Source: the human T2T-CHM13v2.0 reference genome, Homo sapiens. From it: 64,000 nucleotides of DNA. The stretch lies in assembly GCF_009914755.1 (NCBI RefSeq), contig NC_060928.1; one strand, 5' to 3'. The notes under the pieces are model-generated. The model worked only from the letters and a program-made list of their open reading frames with translations. It ran no database searches and had not been told where the DNA came from. How positions within the stretch are numbered: the first letter of the stretch is position 1; each line of letters begins with the position of its first letter. Made by a program: the position numbers and the translations under genes. Of this stretch, positions 1 through 10,845 are shown one piece after another.

Positions 1-2063
1 CAAAATAAACAATTTGTGCTGGGACCTTGAAGAAAGTCAATTAGTTTCCGTGACTTTACCAGTAGGTTAAAAAGGAGATTGTAATATTAGTGAATAATGT
101 GCTTAGAGATGTTTGCATAAAAGATGCTTTGTCATTGTAAAGTATTATTGAATATTTATGGTCTACCAGACTGAGCCAAATGGCCCAGAGGAAAAAACAG
201 TTAGATTTATGTAAACCTTGTTCAGTGTCCCAGATACTTCAGGATGGGTGCTCTATATGTGAATAAATAAATAAATGGTATAAATATTATTTTAAAATTT
301 GAAGGTACATCAATATTATCTGGGGTGTTAGCCAATGTGCCTGACCTATGACATTGAAATGAAATGTCTGCCTCCAGGTAACTATTTCAACCTCATAAAT
401 ATTTTTAAAGCCAGAGGCTTTGATGGCAAGTAATGTTTTCTTAGAGTTTTGTGTCTGCAAATAAAGGTAAATTATATCTTTACCTAAAATCTACAAGAAA
501 TGATTGTCTCTCATCCAAAAGGTTGCTCAGAGAGTTCCCAGATTGAAATTGTATATGTTATACTTCTTTCCCTTTCTTCTAAAAAAGTATTTTACTTACT
601 CTTGCACGGTAGTTTTCTGTCACATTATTGTGAGAGATCAGAGCCTCAAAGAAGAAAAAAGTTAGCCATAAACACTGCCCAAGGACTTAATGGATCTTAC
701 TGAGCCACACCATGCAGATGTATTGGAACATAAATAGGTATAGGAGATAAGAGGCACAAAAGCAATTTGTTTGGATTGGGTCACTGCTTAATCCAGATGG
801 GTTCAGCAAAAGAATTCATGAAACGTGACAGTGGGCCAAGAAGAACTTGCTGTGACATTTCAGATTCCCCTACTTCTTCTAATTAACCATTTCAAGTATA
901 ACAAAACTTATAGCACATACAAATCTAGTGCAACCCATCTGTACCAAGCGCAGACCTGTCCGTGGAGGATGGATGGTTCTGTTCTCAAGCAATGGACTAT
1001 GACACAATAATATCTCAAGTTGGGCTTTTAATTTCTATGATACATTGATTCTGAACAGCATTTTTCTAAAAGACAAAAACTATACCAGAGTTGCTTTTTG
1101 ACATAGCCTGTCATTAAATGCATTTGGATATATTGCATGGATCAAAATATACTGCAAGTTTAATAAGATATTTGAAAATATAAAAATTGCACGTAGAAAA
1201 AGCCCACCATCATGGTAATGATGAGAATAATAACAACAATAGCTACCTTTTAAAAAAAGCAACTATTACTTGCCAGTCACTATGCCGGACGTTGTACACA
1301 TGTCCTTACAAAAACTTTGCGAGGTGGAGATAATTATTCTCTTTTTATAGAGGAGGACACAGACTCAAAGAAGTAAAGTTGTCCAGGGTGAATTAGTATG
1401 TGGAAGATGTAAAATTTTTTTTGGAATTACAGAAAAAACTCCACAAACCCACATTCCTGCTTAGGCAAGTCAAGAATTCTTGCCTCTTTAGTTGATGGGT
1501 TTAGAATAATTTTTTCAGGTGCTAATATCAGGATATAACCCATATCTCTTCATACACAGTTCTTCAAATCTACCTGTTCGCAGCCCTTCTTTCTTCTCTT
1601 GAGAAATAGAAACTAGGATTTAAACCTCAGAATTATGCCTCAGTATCTACAGCACTGTAGTGCCTCATAAATATTAGTTGAAATGGTAAAAGAAAGATAC
1701 AATTGCCCCTAATGCCTATGATATTCATTAGTCAAAAGAGGATGGAATTAGCCCATTTCCATGAATGTAAAATTTATATATGTATTCTAGAAAACATATA
1801 TCAAAATGGAGTTATTTTAAATAAGATGTTCATATTTAACTGACAAACAGAATCAATCTACCGTGCCTAGTTCATAGAATAGATTCGGGGAGTCAATTTT
1901 TGTGCTTAATTGTTTGTACAAAGAAAATCTTTGACTTATGAATGATAAGAAAATAATGAAAATTGAGTTAGTGCTTATAAAATTCTCGAATTCTTTTGCT
2001 TTTGCAATCAAGCCAGGCAGATTTCTAGGAGTTGAGGTTTCTTAGGGTATTTTATGTTTCACA

Positions 2064-2071
2064 TGACGTCA
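2064..2071. promoter_or_regulatory. Full palindromic CRE (TGACGTCA)
   Basis: Exact motif with its CpG retained, in non-repeat-looking sequence; function not shown. Confidence 0.35.
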
Positions 2072-2779
2072 CCAAGAAGTTACGGATCAATAGAACTTTG
2101 TAATGTTCATGTAGCAGAGGGATGAAAGAGTTAAAGGATTTAGGTGTTGCAAAGGGTGCTTCTTCTGGGCAACAGAGGTTTGAATGTAGGGCACCTTTTG
2201 CATTTTCAGCATTAATGTTTGAACTCTTGTCCTACAGTTATGTAATAAGACAACTTTATTTTTTTTTAAAAGAGAAACAGAAAAAAACGTCTGCTGAGAA
2301 AAATACTTGCCGCCCTTGGGGACAGATTTTGCAGTACATTTTTGTACAGGAGTCATTCTCTCCTGTCCAAAAGCTCTGGAACAGGATGAATGTCCTTCTC
2401 AAGGTTCTTAGAGCCCAGAGTCATGACTGACTACACGCATCAGAAGAAACACAGAGATGTATGGGCAAGATTCAGTGGGCACACCCACAGGTCTGAGAGA
2501 TCACTGGGCTGGCGAGGCATTGCAGCCAGGCCGCCAGCTAGTCTAGAAAAAGAAACCAGGACTGCAGTCGTCGGTAGACTAGCTAGATAAGGGTCGGTTC
2601 CCTCAAGGACTAGTTACTCTGAGGTCTGTTCTAAGGGGAGGCAGCCCATGAGCAAATATAGCCTAGTATAGTAGGTATAAAAACTGTTAATTAACAATAA
2701 CATTTATGTACTGCCCCCCAGCAAGTCAGTTTTAAATTCAACAAATTTTCTCAGTAACTTTGGGAAACAGGAAGACCAG

Positions 2780-3125
2780 GTGTTATCCTCATTCTCATTT
2801 TACATATGAGGAAACTGAGGCACAGGGAGGTTGAGTGAATTTCCTAAGGTCACAGATATAGTAAGCTACAGAGGTGAATTAATGTATGGAAAATACTGAT
2901 TGAAAGGCTGGAGAGCACAGACTTTGTTCAGTCACATCTGACTTACAATTTTAGTTCTGCCGACTGCTAGATCTATGACCTTCTCTAAATCCTTGAACTC
3001 AAGGAAACTTCAGATTCCTCGTATTTAAATGGAAGGGAGGGAACATGAGTAGTTATGAAGCATGTAAAGTGCTTAGCACAGTGCTTACCCCATTATAAGG
3101 GCTCAATAAATGATAGCTACTATTA
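2780..3125. mobile_element. Two adjacent MIR fragments
   Basis: MIR core motifs cattttacatatgaggaaactgaggcac and tgtaaagtgcttagcacagtg...ctcaataaatg. Confidence 0.7.
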
Positions 3126-3280
3126 CTATCATGATGTTTTTTTCCACTATACCATTCCATCCTTCCAAATGGAGCTCAGTTTAGCACAGTGACAGTCAGA
3201 AGCTGAAACCAACTTAGAGTGATCAGAAGCTGAAACCAACATAGATGGATGGATTTGCCTATCCATATCCAGTCTCTATG

Positions 3281-3415
3281 TTGCAGCTTAGACCAGCACC
3301 CAAAACACTAATTGTTATCTTGGTGCTGTAGTTGACATTCTATTTTGTCATCTGTTACATGTATGTTGTACTAGTTATATCTACGTTTCTAGTTTACATA
3401 TTTAGTATTCCTTAG
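3281..3415 (+). repeat. Copy 1 of a ~130-bp dispersed direct repeat (copy 2 at 6217-6346)
   Basis: Direct alignment by eye: 4 substitutions and one 5-nt indel. Confidence 0.95.
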
Positions 3416-3965
3416 CAATGCTCTGATGGATGGAAAGAAGAGTCGAGGTTTTGTTGCAAAGACAGAGCAAAGTGTCTTTCACTAGATAGCGTGATTCAAT
3501 GCATAAATGACTGAATGCAAGGAGGCTTAATTGAAAGATAAAAGAATAATTGCTGTAGAATAGCAGAGGCAAAAGCAGCTATGGTAAAAAGTCGCCTGTC
3601 TTAAACAGAGTGAAAATAAATGAAGAGGGGGTTTGAGAAGTCTTTGTAGCAAAAGATCATAAGAAAATAAACACCAGTGCAAGGCAGGAGTCCAGAAGAA
3701 CAAGTCCCAGAACCAAGACTGATATATTCCTGTCAGAATTTATCACTTCTCTAAATTACCAGGTCAGTAGTTAAATTATAATCACATTCTGTTATATATT
3801 ATACTGGTTCAGTCAACAAATGAGACTTTTAGGAAATCCTTATAAAAGGAACTTTGTTTCTGTTTCCCAATGTCCCTTTACACTTGCTTGGTGGAGATAA
3901 CTCTTCCCTTCCATTTAGAAGAAAACGTAGGTAGGTTCTATTTCTCTGGTCACCTTAAATTTTAT

Positions 3966-4454
3966 TGTGTACTGGATATTTTCTATTTGCCTATCCATAT
4001 CCAGTCTCTACTTTTCCTTGCTCTGGGCCAACCCATGTGGGTTGGCATCAATGGACTCCATTGTCCTTTATCTTCCATTTGGACTTGATCAATGGGAAAC
4101 ATTAGCAAGAGATGGGAAGGTAAGTGGGAGGAGAGAAACCGAAGTCTTTACCCTGCTGGTTTCCTTCCTGCTGGACTGCAGTGGGTTGGCTGTGTCCCTC
4201 GACTAATGCCTCCTCTCGTGCTAGGCAGCCTTTGGCAAACTGCTACTCTCTGCAGGTTTTGTAAACCAATTCTACCCCAGCCCCTTCATGGGCAGCAATG
4301 ACTTCCTGCTGTTGCAAGCCCTGAGGTACTGCACTATTCCTTGTTGCTTTCCTTGAACCCTGCTCACACCATCGTAAACAGTCTTTTTTTAAAGCTTTCC
4401 TCAATAACCCAGTCTGAGTGCTGTCTGTTTCCTGCTAGGACCCTGGCTGATGCA
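3966..4454. mobile_element. ERVL solo LTR, LTR33-like
   Basis: Ends ...ctgtttcctgctaggaccctggctgatgca, resembling the LTR33 terminus; TG...CA ends. Confidence 0.6.
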
Positions 4455-4866
4455 TATGGACACTTTAAATTGCAAAATACCGTCTAATTTTGATGCTTAG
4501 AATAATCTGACTATGAAGTAGTTAAAATTCCAAATTGAATTTAGAATTAAGTCTTTCTTAGCTCTATTGGAAGAGGGAGCAAGGCCGTGGTTCTTTCTCT
4601 GCCTCCTCTTATTTCTGCCTGTTTACCATGGTTTCTGACCTAGTTGCCGGAGAGGTAATAAAATGGAAAGTTCTTAAGGTGGCATCACATGCTCTGATTT
4701 CGGTAGATATTTAGAGTTGATTCTTTTTCTTACAGACATTTGTGTGGCCCACTGCTGAGAAGTACTCTAGTATCTTAGATGCAGGTGATGCTGTGTTCTT
4801 CAGTTCATCACTTTCTCTGTCCTGTGGGCATCTAGCCATTTACCCTAGCTTCCATTTGTTGAGGTC

Positions 4867-5330
4867 TGCAGTGGTCTGAGCAGCCACCCCCACAAGATAT
4901 GTCTGAGTCTTAACCCTTGCTCTCCGTGAAAGTGACCTTCTTTGGAAATAGGATTTTTGCAGATATAATTAAGATAAAGATCTCGAGATGAAATTACCCT
5001 GGATTTAGAAGGAGCCCTAAATTCAATAAGTGTCCCTTATGAGAGACAGAAAAAAAGAAGACACAGAGACACAAGGGGGAAGGACATCAGAAGACAACAG
5101 CAGAGACTGGAGTGATGCATCAAGCAGCCAAGAAATGCCAAGAATTGCAGCAGCAAATGGAAAAGAGGCATGGGATAAGTGCTTACTTCAGTGACTGCAG
5201 AAGGATCCAACTCCGCCAACATCCTGATTTCAGACTTCTGGGCTCTACAACTATGAAAGAATACATTTGAATTGTCCGTAGTCATCAAGTGTGTAGTGAT
5301 TTGTTACAGCAGCAGTAAGACATGAATACA
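4867..5330 (+). mobile_element. MaLR LTR, MLT1B/C-like
   Basis: tttggaaataggatttttgcagatataattaag ... gatttcagacttctgg ... tttgttacagcagc...aataca. Confidence 0.8.
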
Positions 5331-5640
5331 AACTCTGTTTGCCTTTGTAGGCCTCCTTGGAGAGATGCTAAGGCATCACTGTGCTTACTCCTTCACCTGT
5401 GCCGTGTCTTGTCCAGGGGAAACATAAGCACATCCTTTTCTCAGTCTCTAGGGCTGCAGGAAGATCCCAACCCAGCTTCAGTTTTCCTTTGCTTCTTCTT
5501 TCTTTCATCATCTTTGTTTCTTTCCTCTTGTTCTCTTCCTGGGTTCTTGATTCATTCAGTAGAAGTTAAGACTCCAATTCATCATATTCCTTTAACTGAA
5601 GGGACTCATACCATGACCTGTGAGTAGTTCATTTGAGTGC

Positions 5641-6025
5641 TGAATTAGTCTTCCAGGGCTGCTCTAGCGAGATACCACAGATTGGGAAGCTTAAGCAACC
5701 GAAATTTATTTTCTTACAGTTCTGGAGGCTGGAAGTCCAAGATCAACGTGCTAGCAGGCTTGTTTTCTCAGGAGGCCTGTCTCCGTGACTGGCAGACGTC
5801 CACCTTCTTGCTGTCCTCACATGGCCTTTGTCCTATGCCTGCATCCCTGCTGTCTCTTCCTCTTCTTACAAGTACACCACTCATATTGGATTAGGGCCGC
5901 ATCCTAGTGGCCTCCTTTTAACTTAGTTCCCTCTCCAAAAGCCCTATCTCCAAATATAGTCATATTCTAAGGTATTGTGGGTTAGAAATTCAACATATGA
6001 ATTTTGAAGGAACACTATTCATAGC
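5641..6025 (-). mobile_element. MaLR LTR, MLT1A-like
   Basis: atttattttcttacagttctggaggctggaagtccaagatcaa ... ccctatctccaaatatagtc ... caacatatgaattttg. Confidence 0.8.
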
Positions 6026-6216
6026 AAGTGTCCACCTTTAGGTTGAAGTGAAAGGAAAGTAATCATCCTCCCTTTTTCTTTGAGGCATGAAACGCACATT
6101 ACACGGAGAGTTCTGTTCAAGGAAAATACCTCTTGAAAATCCTCATTAATCTCCACCGCTGATGTGGGTGAGAGAGTCAGGTGTTGTGACCCCTGTTTGG
6201 GAAAATGCATTTGTGT

Positions 6217-6346
6217 TTGCAGCTTAGACCAGCACCCAAAACACTAATTGTTATCTTGGTGCTGTAGTTGACATTCTGTCATCTGTTACATGTATGTTGT
6301 ACTAGTTATATCTATGATTCTAGTTTACGTATTTAGTATTTCTTAG
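6217..6346 (+). repeat. Copy 2 of the ~130-bp dispersed direct repeat
   Basis: Matches 3281-3415. Confidence 0.95.
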
Positions 6347-6447
6347 TATTATTCATCTTAGAGTTGTTTTGATTTATCTCAACTCAGTTTTCTAAATCTC
6401 ATTTCAGAGTCTCACTTAAATACTGTTAAGTACTTAAGTGAATAAAT

Positions 6448-6520
6448 GGAGGAAAGAGAGAGAGAAAGGAAGAGAGAAAGAGGAAGAGAGAGAGAAAGAG
6501 AAAGAGAGGAAGAGAGAGAG
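6448..6520. repeat. GA-rich low-complexity polypurine tract
   Basis: Repeated agagagaaag/aggaagagag units. Confidence 0.9.
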
Positions 6521-6681
6521 TAAAGTCATTCAGCCATCTAGTCTATATTTCTTTTAATGTCAGGAAACCAGTTATTTAGATAATGCATTAAATTAATAAA
6601 TATTTATTTCAGTTTGGTCTGTTTTAGTGATCCTTTTTAAAAACAAACAGGTTATAGCTATGTCTACAGAGGGAATATGAT

Positions 6682-6691
6682 TGTGTGTGTG

Positions 6692-6731
<40 letters not shown>
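6682..6731. repeat. (TG)n microsatellite with one interruption
   Basis: Seen directly. Confidence 0.97.
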
Positions 6732-6732
<1 letters not shown>

Positions 6733-7599
6733 TAGTTAGGGAGGGTGGTGGGAGGGAATGTCCTGGTAGGAAGAACAGGGAAAGGCCAATCTTAAATGAA
6801 TAGTTGTCCACCAAGTCAATACTTTCAAAATATTTAAGACGAGTTTGGACACTTATATCTCATGAAGTAACTATGTAAGTTGTCTAATTTCACACAGTCA
6901 CCCAGTCACCCATACTTTGAAGAAATAATTAAACTTACTGACAAAACTGAATTCCAACTCCTTCCATATGTTAAGTTCCACAGTGAGATAAAAGCAAGTA
7001 TGACTAAGCTTGAGTCTTTTATCCTGGGAATGTAATTTATTTCTCAAGTCCTAGAGATACTGGTCTTAGAAGGACTGGGGAGCTTTATTTCTTAACAGAG
7101 AAATCTTTAATCATGTCATTTGTCTAGGACCATTCCTGGTGTAAAGATTCTTGAAATGCTGAGTTGATTTTAGGGTTTCACTGTGTCTTTGTGAATGAGA
7201 CGACCGAACAGGCACAATATGCCTAACCAAACTCTTATCTATTTTCTAAGGTAGAAATTTCTGAAAATCTGGACAGTGAACTCTCCAATTGGGAAAAGTC
7301 CATTTTAAAGCATTTAGCTGCATTAAAGATGTTTATTTTCTTAAAATAACATTAGTAACACATTTTTCCTTAAAATTATTTTGCTTTTATTTCCTGCTTA
7401 ATCTAAGATTTACTTCAGAGTTTTTTAAAATTCCAAGCACATAGATTGGAGAAGATGGTACGTAGACTTATTTTTTTATTGTTAATCTTTCTTCCTCTTT
7501 TCTCCTTTCCTCTCGCTCTCTTCTCTCCTTCCTACTTTTCTTTTGTTTTTCCTTCCTGCTCTTCTTTTTTTCCCTCTCTTCTGATTGGTTGTCAGATAA

Positions 7600-8063
7600 T
7601 GTAGCCTGTATGAATTATATATGAGTGAAAGTAATTTTATTGTTATTGTTGAGTATGAATTTCTGTCTCTCTCATTCTTTCATATGTATATGTGTATCAT
7701 TTGTATGTGTGTATACGCATACATACACATATAAATATACAAAGACATATATACACATGTGTGTACCATACAATTTTACAATAATTTTATTGTTGTTGAG
7801 TATGGATTTCTGTCTCTCTTATTCTTCCATGTGTGTATGTCATTTGTATATGTGTATATGCATACATCACATAAAAATATACATAGACATATATACACAT
7901 ATGTGTAGCCTGTATGAATTGTATATGGGTGTTTGAAAATAATTTTATTGTTGAGTATGAATTTCTGTCTCATTCTTTCATACGTGTGGGTATATCATTT
8001 GTATACACATGCATACACATATAAATATACATAGACATATATACACATACGTGTGTACCATGG
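7600..8063. repeat. Degenerate tandem triplication, ~150-bp unit
   Basis: taattttattg..ttgagtatg(a/g)atttctgtctc..tcatttgtat..gacatatatacacat recurs near 7632, 7782 and 7940. Confidence 0.9.
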
Positions 8064-8477
8064 AGAATAACTTTACAAACTATTTTAATCAAATTATCTT
8101 TTTCTTTGTCAGTTTCTGAGAGAAACTCTCTCATTGTGTTAGTGCAGTTTTCAACATATTCCTGCATCTAGGGAGGTTTTTATCTGTAGATTTCAAAACT
8201 CGATTGTTAGATGCATAAAAGTTATTCTATATAGTTTTAGTACACTGTAACTTTTAATGTGAAAATATTACTACTCATTCAATTTAATGCTTTCTAATTG
8301 TATTAATTTAAAATATTAATATTGCTAATTGTACTTTTTAAAAATATTTGCACGGTAAATACTTTTTTCTCTTAACCCTTACCTTTGTTCAAACAGGAAT
8401 ATTTAATGAATTGGTAATTTTTGTGCTTACCAATATGTTTCAACTTCTTTTGGCCGTATTATTATGGTATATTTTCT

Positions 8478-9008
8478 GTGTTTTTTTTTGGTTTTTATTT
8501 TTATTTTTATTTTTTTAATTTTTTTTGTTTATTATTATTATACTTTAAGTTTTAGGGTACATGTGCACAATGTGGAGGTTAGTTACATATGTATACATGT
8601 GCCATGCTGGTGCGCTGCACCCACTAACTCGTCATCTAGCATTAGGTATATCTCCCAATGCTATCCCTCCCCCCTCCCCCCTCCCCCCACCCCACAACAG
8701 TCCCCAGAGTGTGATGTTCCCCTTCCTGTGTCCATGTGTTCTCATTGTTCAATTCCCACCTATGAGTGAGAATATGCGGTGCTTGGTTTTTTGTTCTTGG
8801 GATAGTTTACTGAGAATGATGATTTCCAATTTCATCCATGTCCCTACAAAGGACACGAAGTCATCATTTTTTATGGCTGCATAGTATTCCATGGTGTATA
8901 TGTGCCACATTTTCTTAATCCAGTCTATCATTGTTGGACATTTGGGTTGGTTCCAAGTCTTTGCTATTGTGAATAATGCCGCAATAAACATACGTGTGCA
9001 TATGTCTT
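8478..9008 (-). mobile_element. 5'-truncated young L1 (L1PA2-like)
   Basis: ORF2 C-terminus (ORF 8749..8991), 3' UTR and poly(A). Perfect TSD TATTATGGTATATTTTCT at 8460-8477 and 9009-9026. GAG rather than the Ta-type ACA diagnostic. Confidence 0.92.
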
Positions 9009-10508
9009 TATTATGGTATATTTTCTAATGCTATAGTTTCCTTTTGTATTTTCTTCTCTTCTAGCTTTTCCCCCGTCATTATGTTTTGCTTTACTCTTTT
9101 TCCCATCTAGTGCAGTGTTTCCTAGGAGAGGTGCTGTTGACGTTCAACATGGCCGTTTCTTGTTTGTGTTGGCTGCTCTCCACTTTATTATTGGCTGTGC
9201 CACTAAATATCAGTAGCATCCCAGTCACTGGGACAACCAAACAACACTTGTTCCTTTCCACATGCCTCCAAGGGATGTCATACCACTCTGAACTGCAAAT
9301 AGGTGCTCACTACTTTGGGATCTAAAAGTCTGAGTTCTCTTCTCTTGTGGTTATCTTTATTTTTCTAACTGAATGTTTAGTTTTGTCTCTGTAATATATG
9401 TGTATGGTTTAAAAATTGAAATAGAACATTGAGAGTCATACCACCCAATAGCAAAGAATCATCATCTTTTTTATCACTCTACTTCTTATGTTCTTGAATG
9501 CCAACACTTTTAATTGTATTTACTTCTATGTAAATACATGCATATATAGTTATTTGATTTTTCTAGTTGAAAACATGACATTGACTTCCTATTATATACG
9601 ATGAATTTTTTCTTTTTCTAGTCTGAATACAACATTATACAAAGTAAACTTTCTCTTCTCCATTTTTCTAATTTGGTTATTTAACAAATTTTGTTTAAAT
9701 TGTGACTCAGTTCTTACATCATTTTTAATGTAAATATTGTGCGCAACTGAGCCACTAATGTCCTAAGACTAATTTTTTTTCAGTAGAGTTTTTGTTTGGT
9801 CTGAGTTAATAATTGTCTTTGTTTTTGTTGTTGTCTTTTATTTGATCCTTTTCTTAATTTTTTGCCCACTGTCTGCCAGAAATGTAAATTCCGTCTTGAT
9901 TTACTCAAACACATCAGAAACTTTGTTTCTTTTTCTTTTCTTGGAGGGATCCTTCTGGAAACTTCCATCCTCCTGTGACTTAATAATAAAATGTGCTTCC
10001 ATGTGGTGTGGTGGTTTCCCTTGTGACTTTGGAGGCTCTTGTCCTGTCAGGATTAGTTTAGGGCACAGAGTGCTGCTTGCAGATCAAGGCATCTTTGCTT
10101 ACCACAGCCTCAAAGCTTTCCATACCATACTTATGTGTAATACTCTTAATGAATGTTAGTTGTAAAAATAAACAAAATTTTCTTCTGAAAGAACACCAAA
10201 TCACAACTTATACGGGCATTGACTTGAACTTTTAGTCACATTTTACCTTTCAAATAAAGAATTTTCAATTACTTACGAGCACGACAAAGATAACTTCTGC
10301 ACGTGTCTGTGAAGCAATGAGACAGTAAACAGCAGTATTCGTATTTTATGTGAAGCACACCCCACAAAAAGCATTTTACTGAGCGTGCACTATTTTGATA
10401 CATGATTCTTACTACTGGAGGGACACAGACAGGTCAGTAAAACATGGACCCTGCTTTGACAGAGCTCAAACTAAAGGAGGCCAAAGAAAAATGTTTTTAA
10501 AATGACTC

Positions 10509-10845
<337 letters not shown>

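Noticed and set aside
3196-3245. Spaced 18-nt direct repeats as a CRISPR-like array
   Set aside because: Only two copies, 9-nt spacer, eukaryotic context, no cas genes.
3281-6346. Direct repeats as the LTR pair of a 3-kb retroelement
   Set aside because: No TG/CA termini, PBS, PPT or flanking TSD. The interior consists of much older, unrelated LTRs.
8464-8991. ORFs of 80-107 aa (also 58883-59206, 18641-18892, 61831-62378)
   Set aside because: L1 ORF2/3' UTR fragments or their antisense frames.
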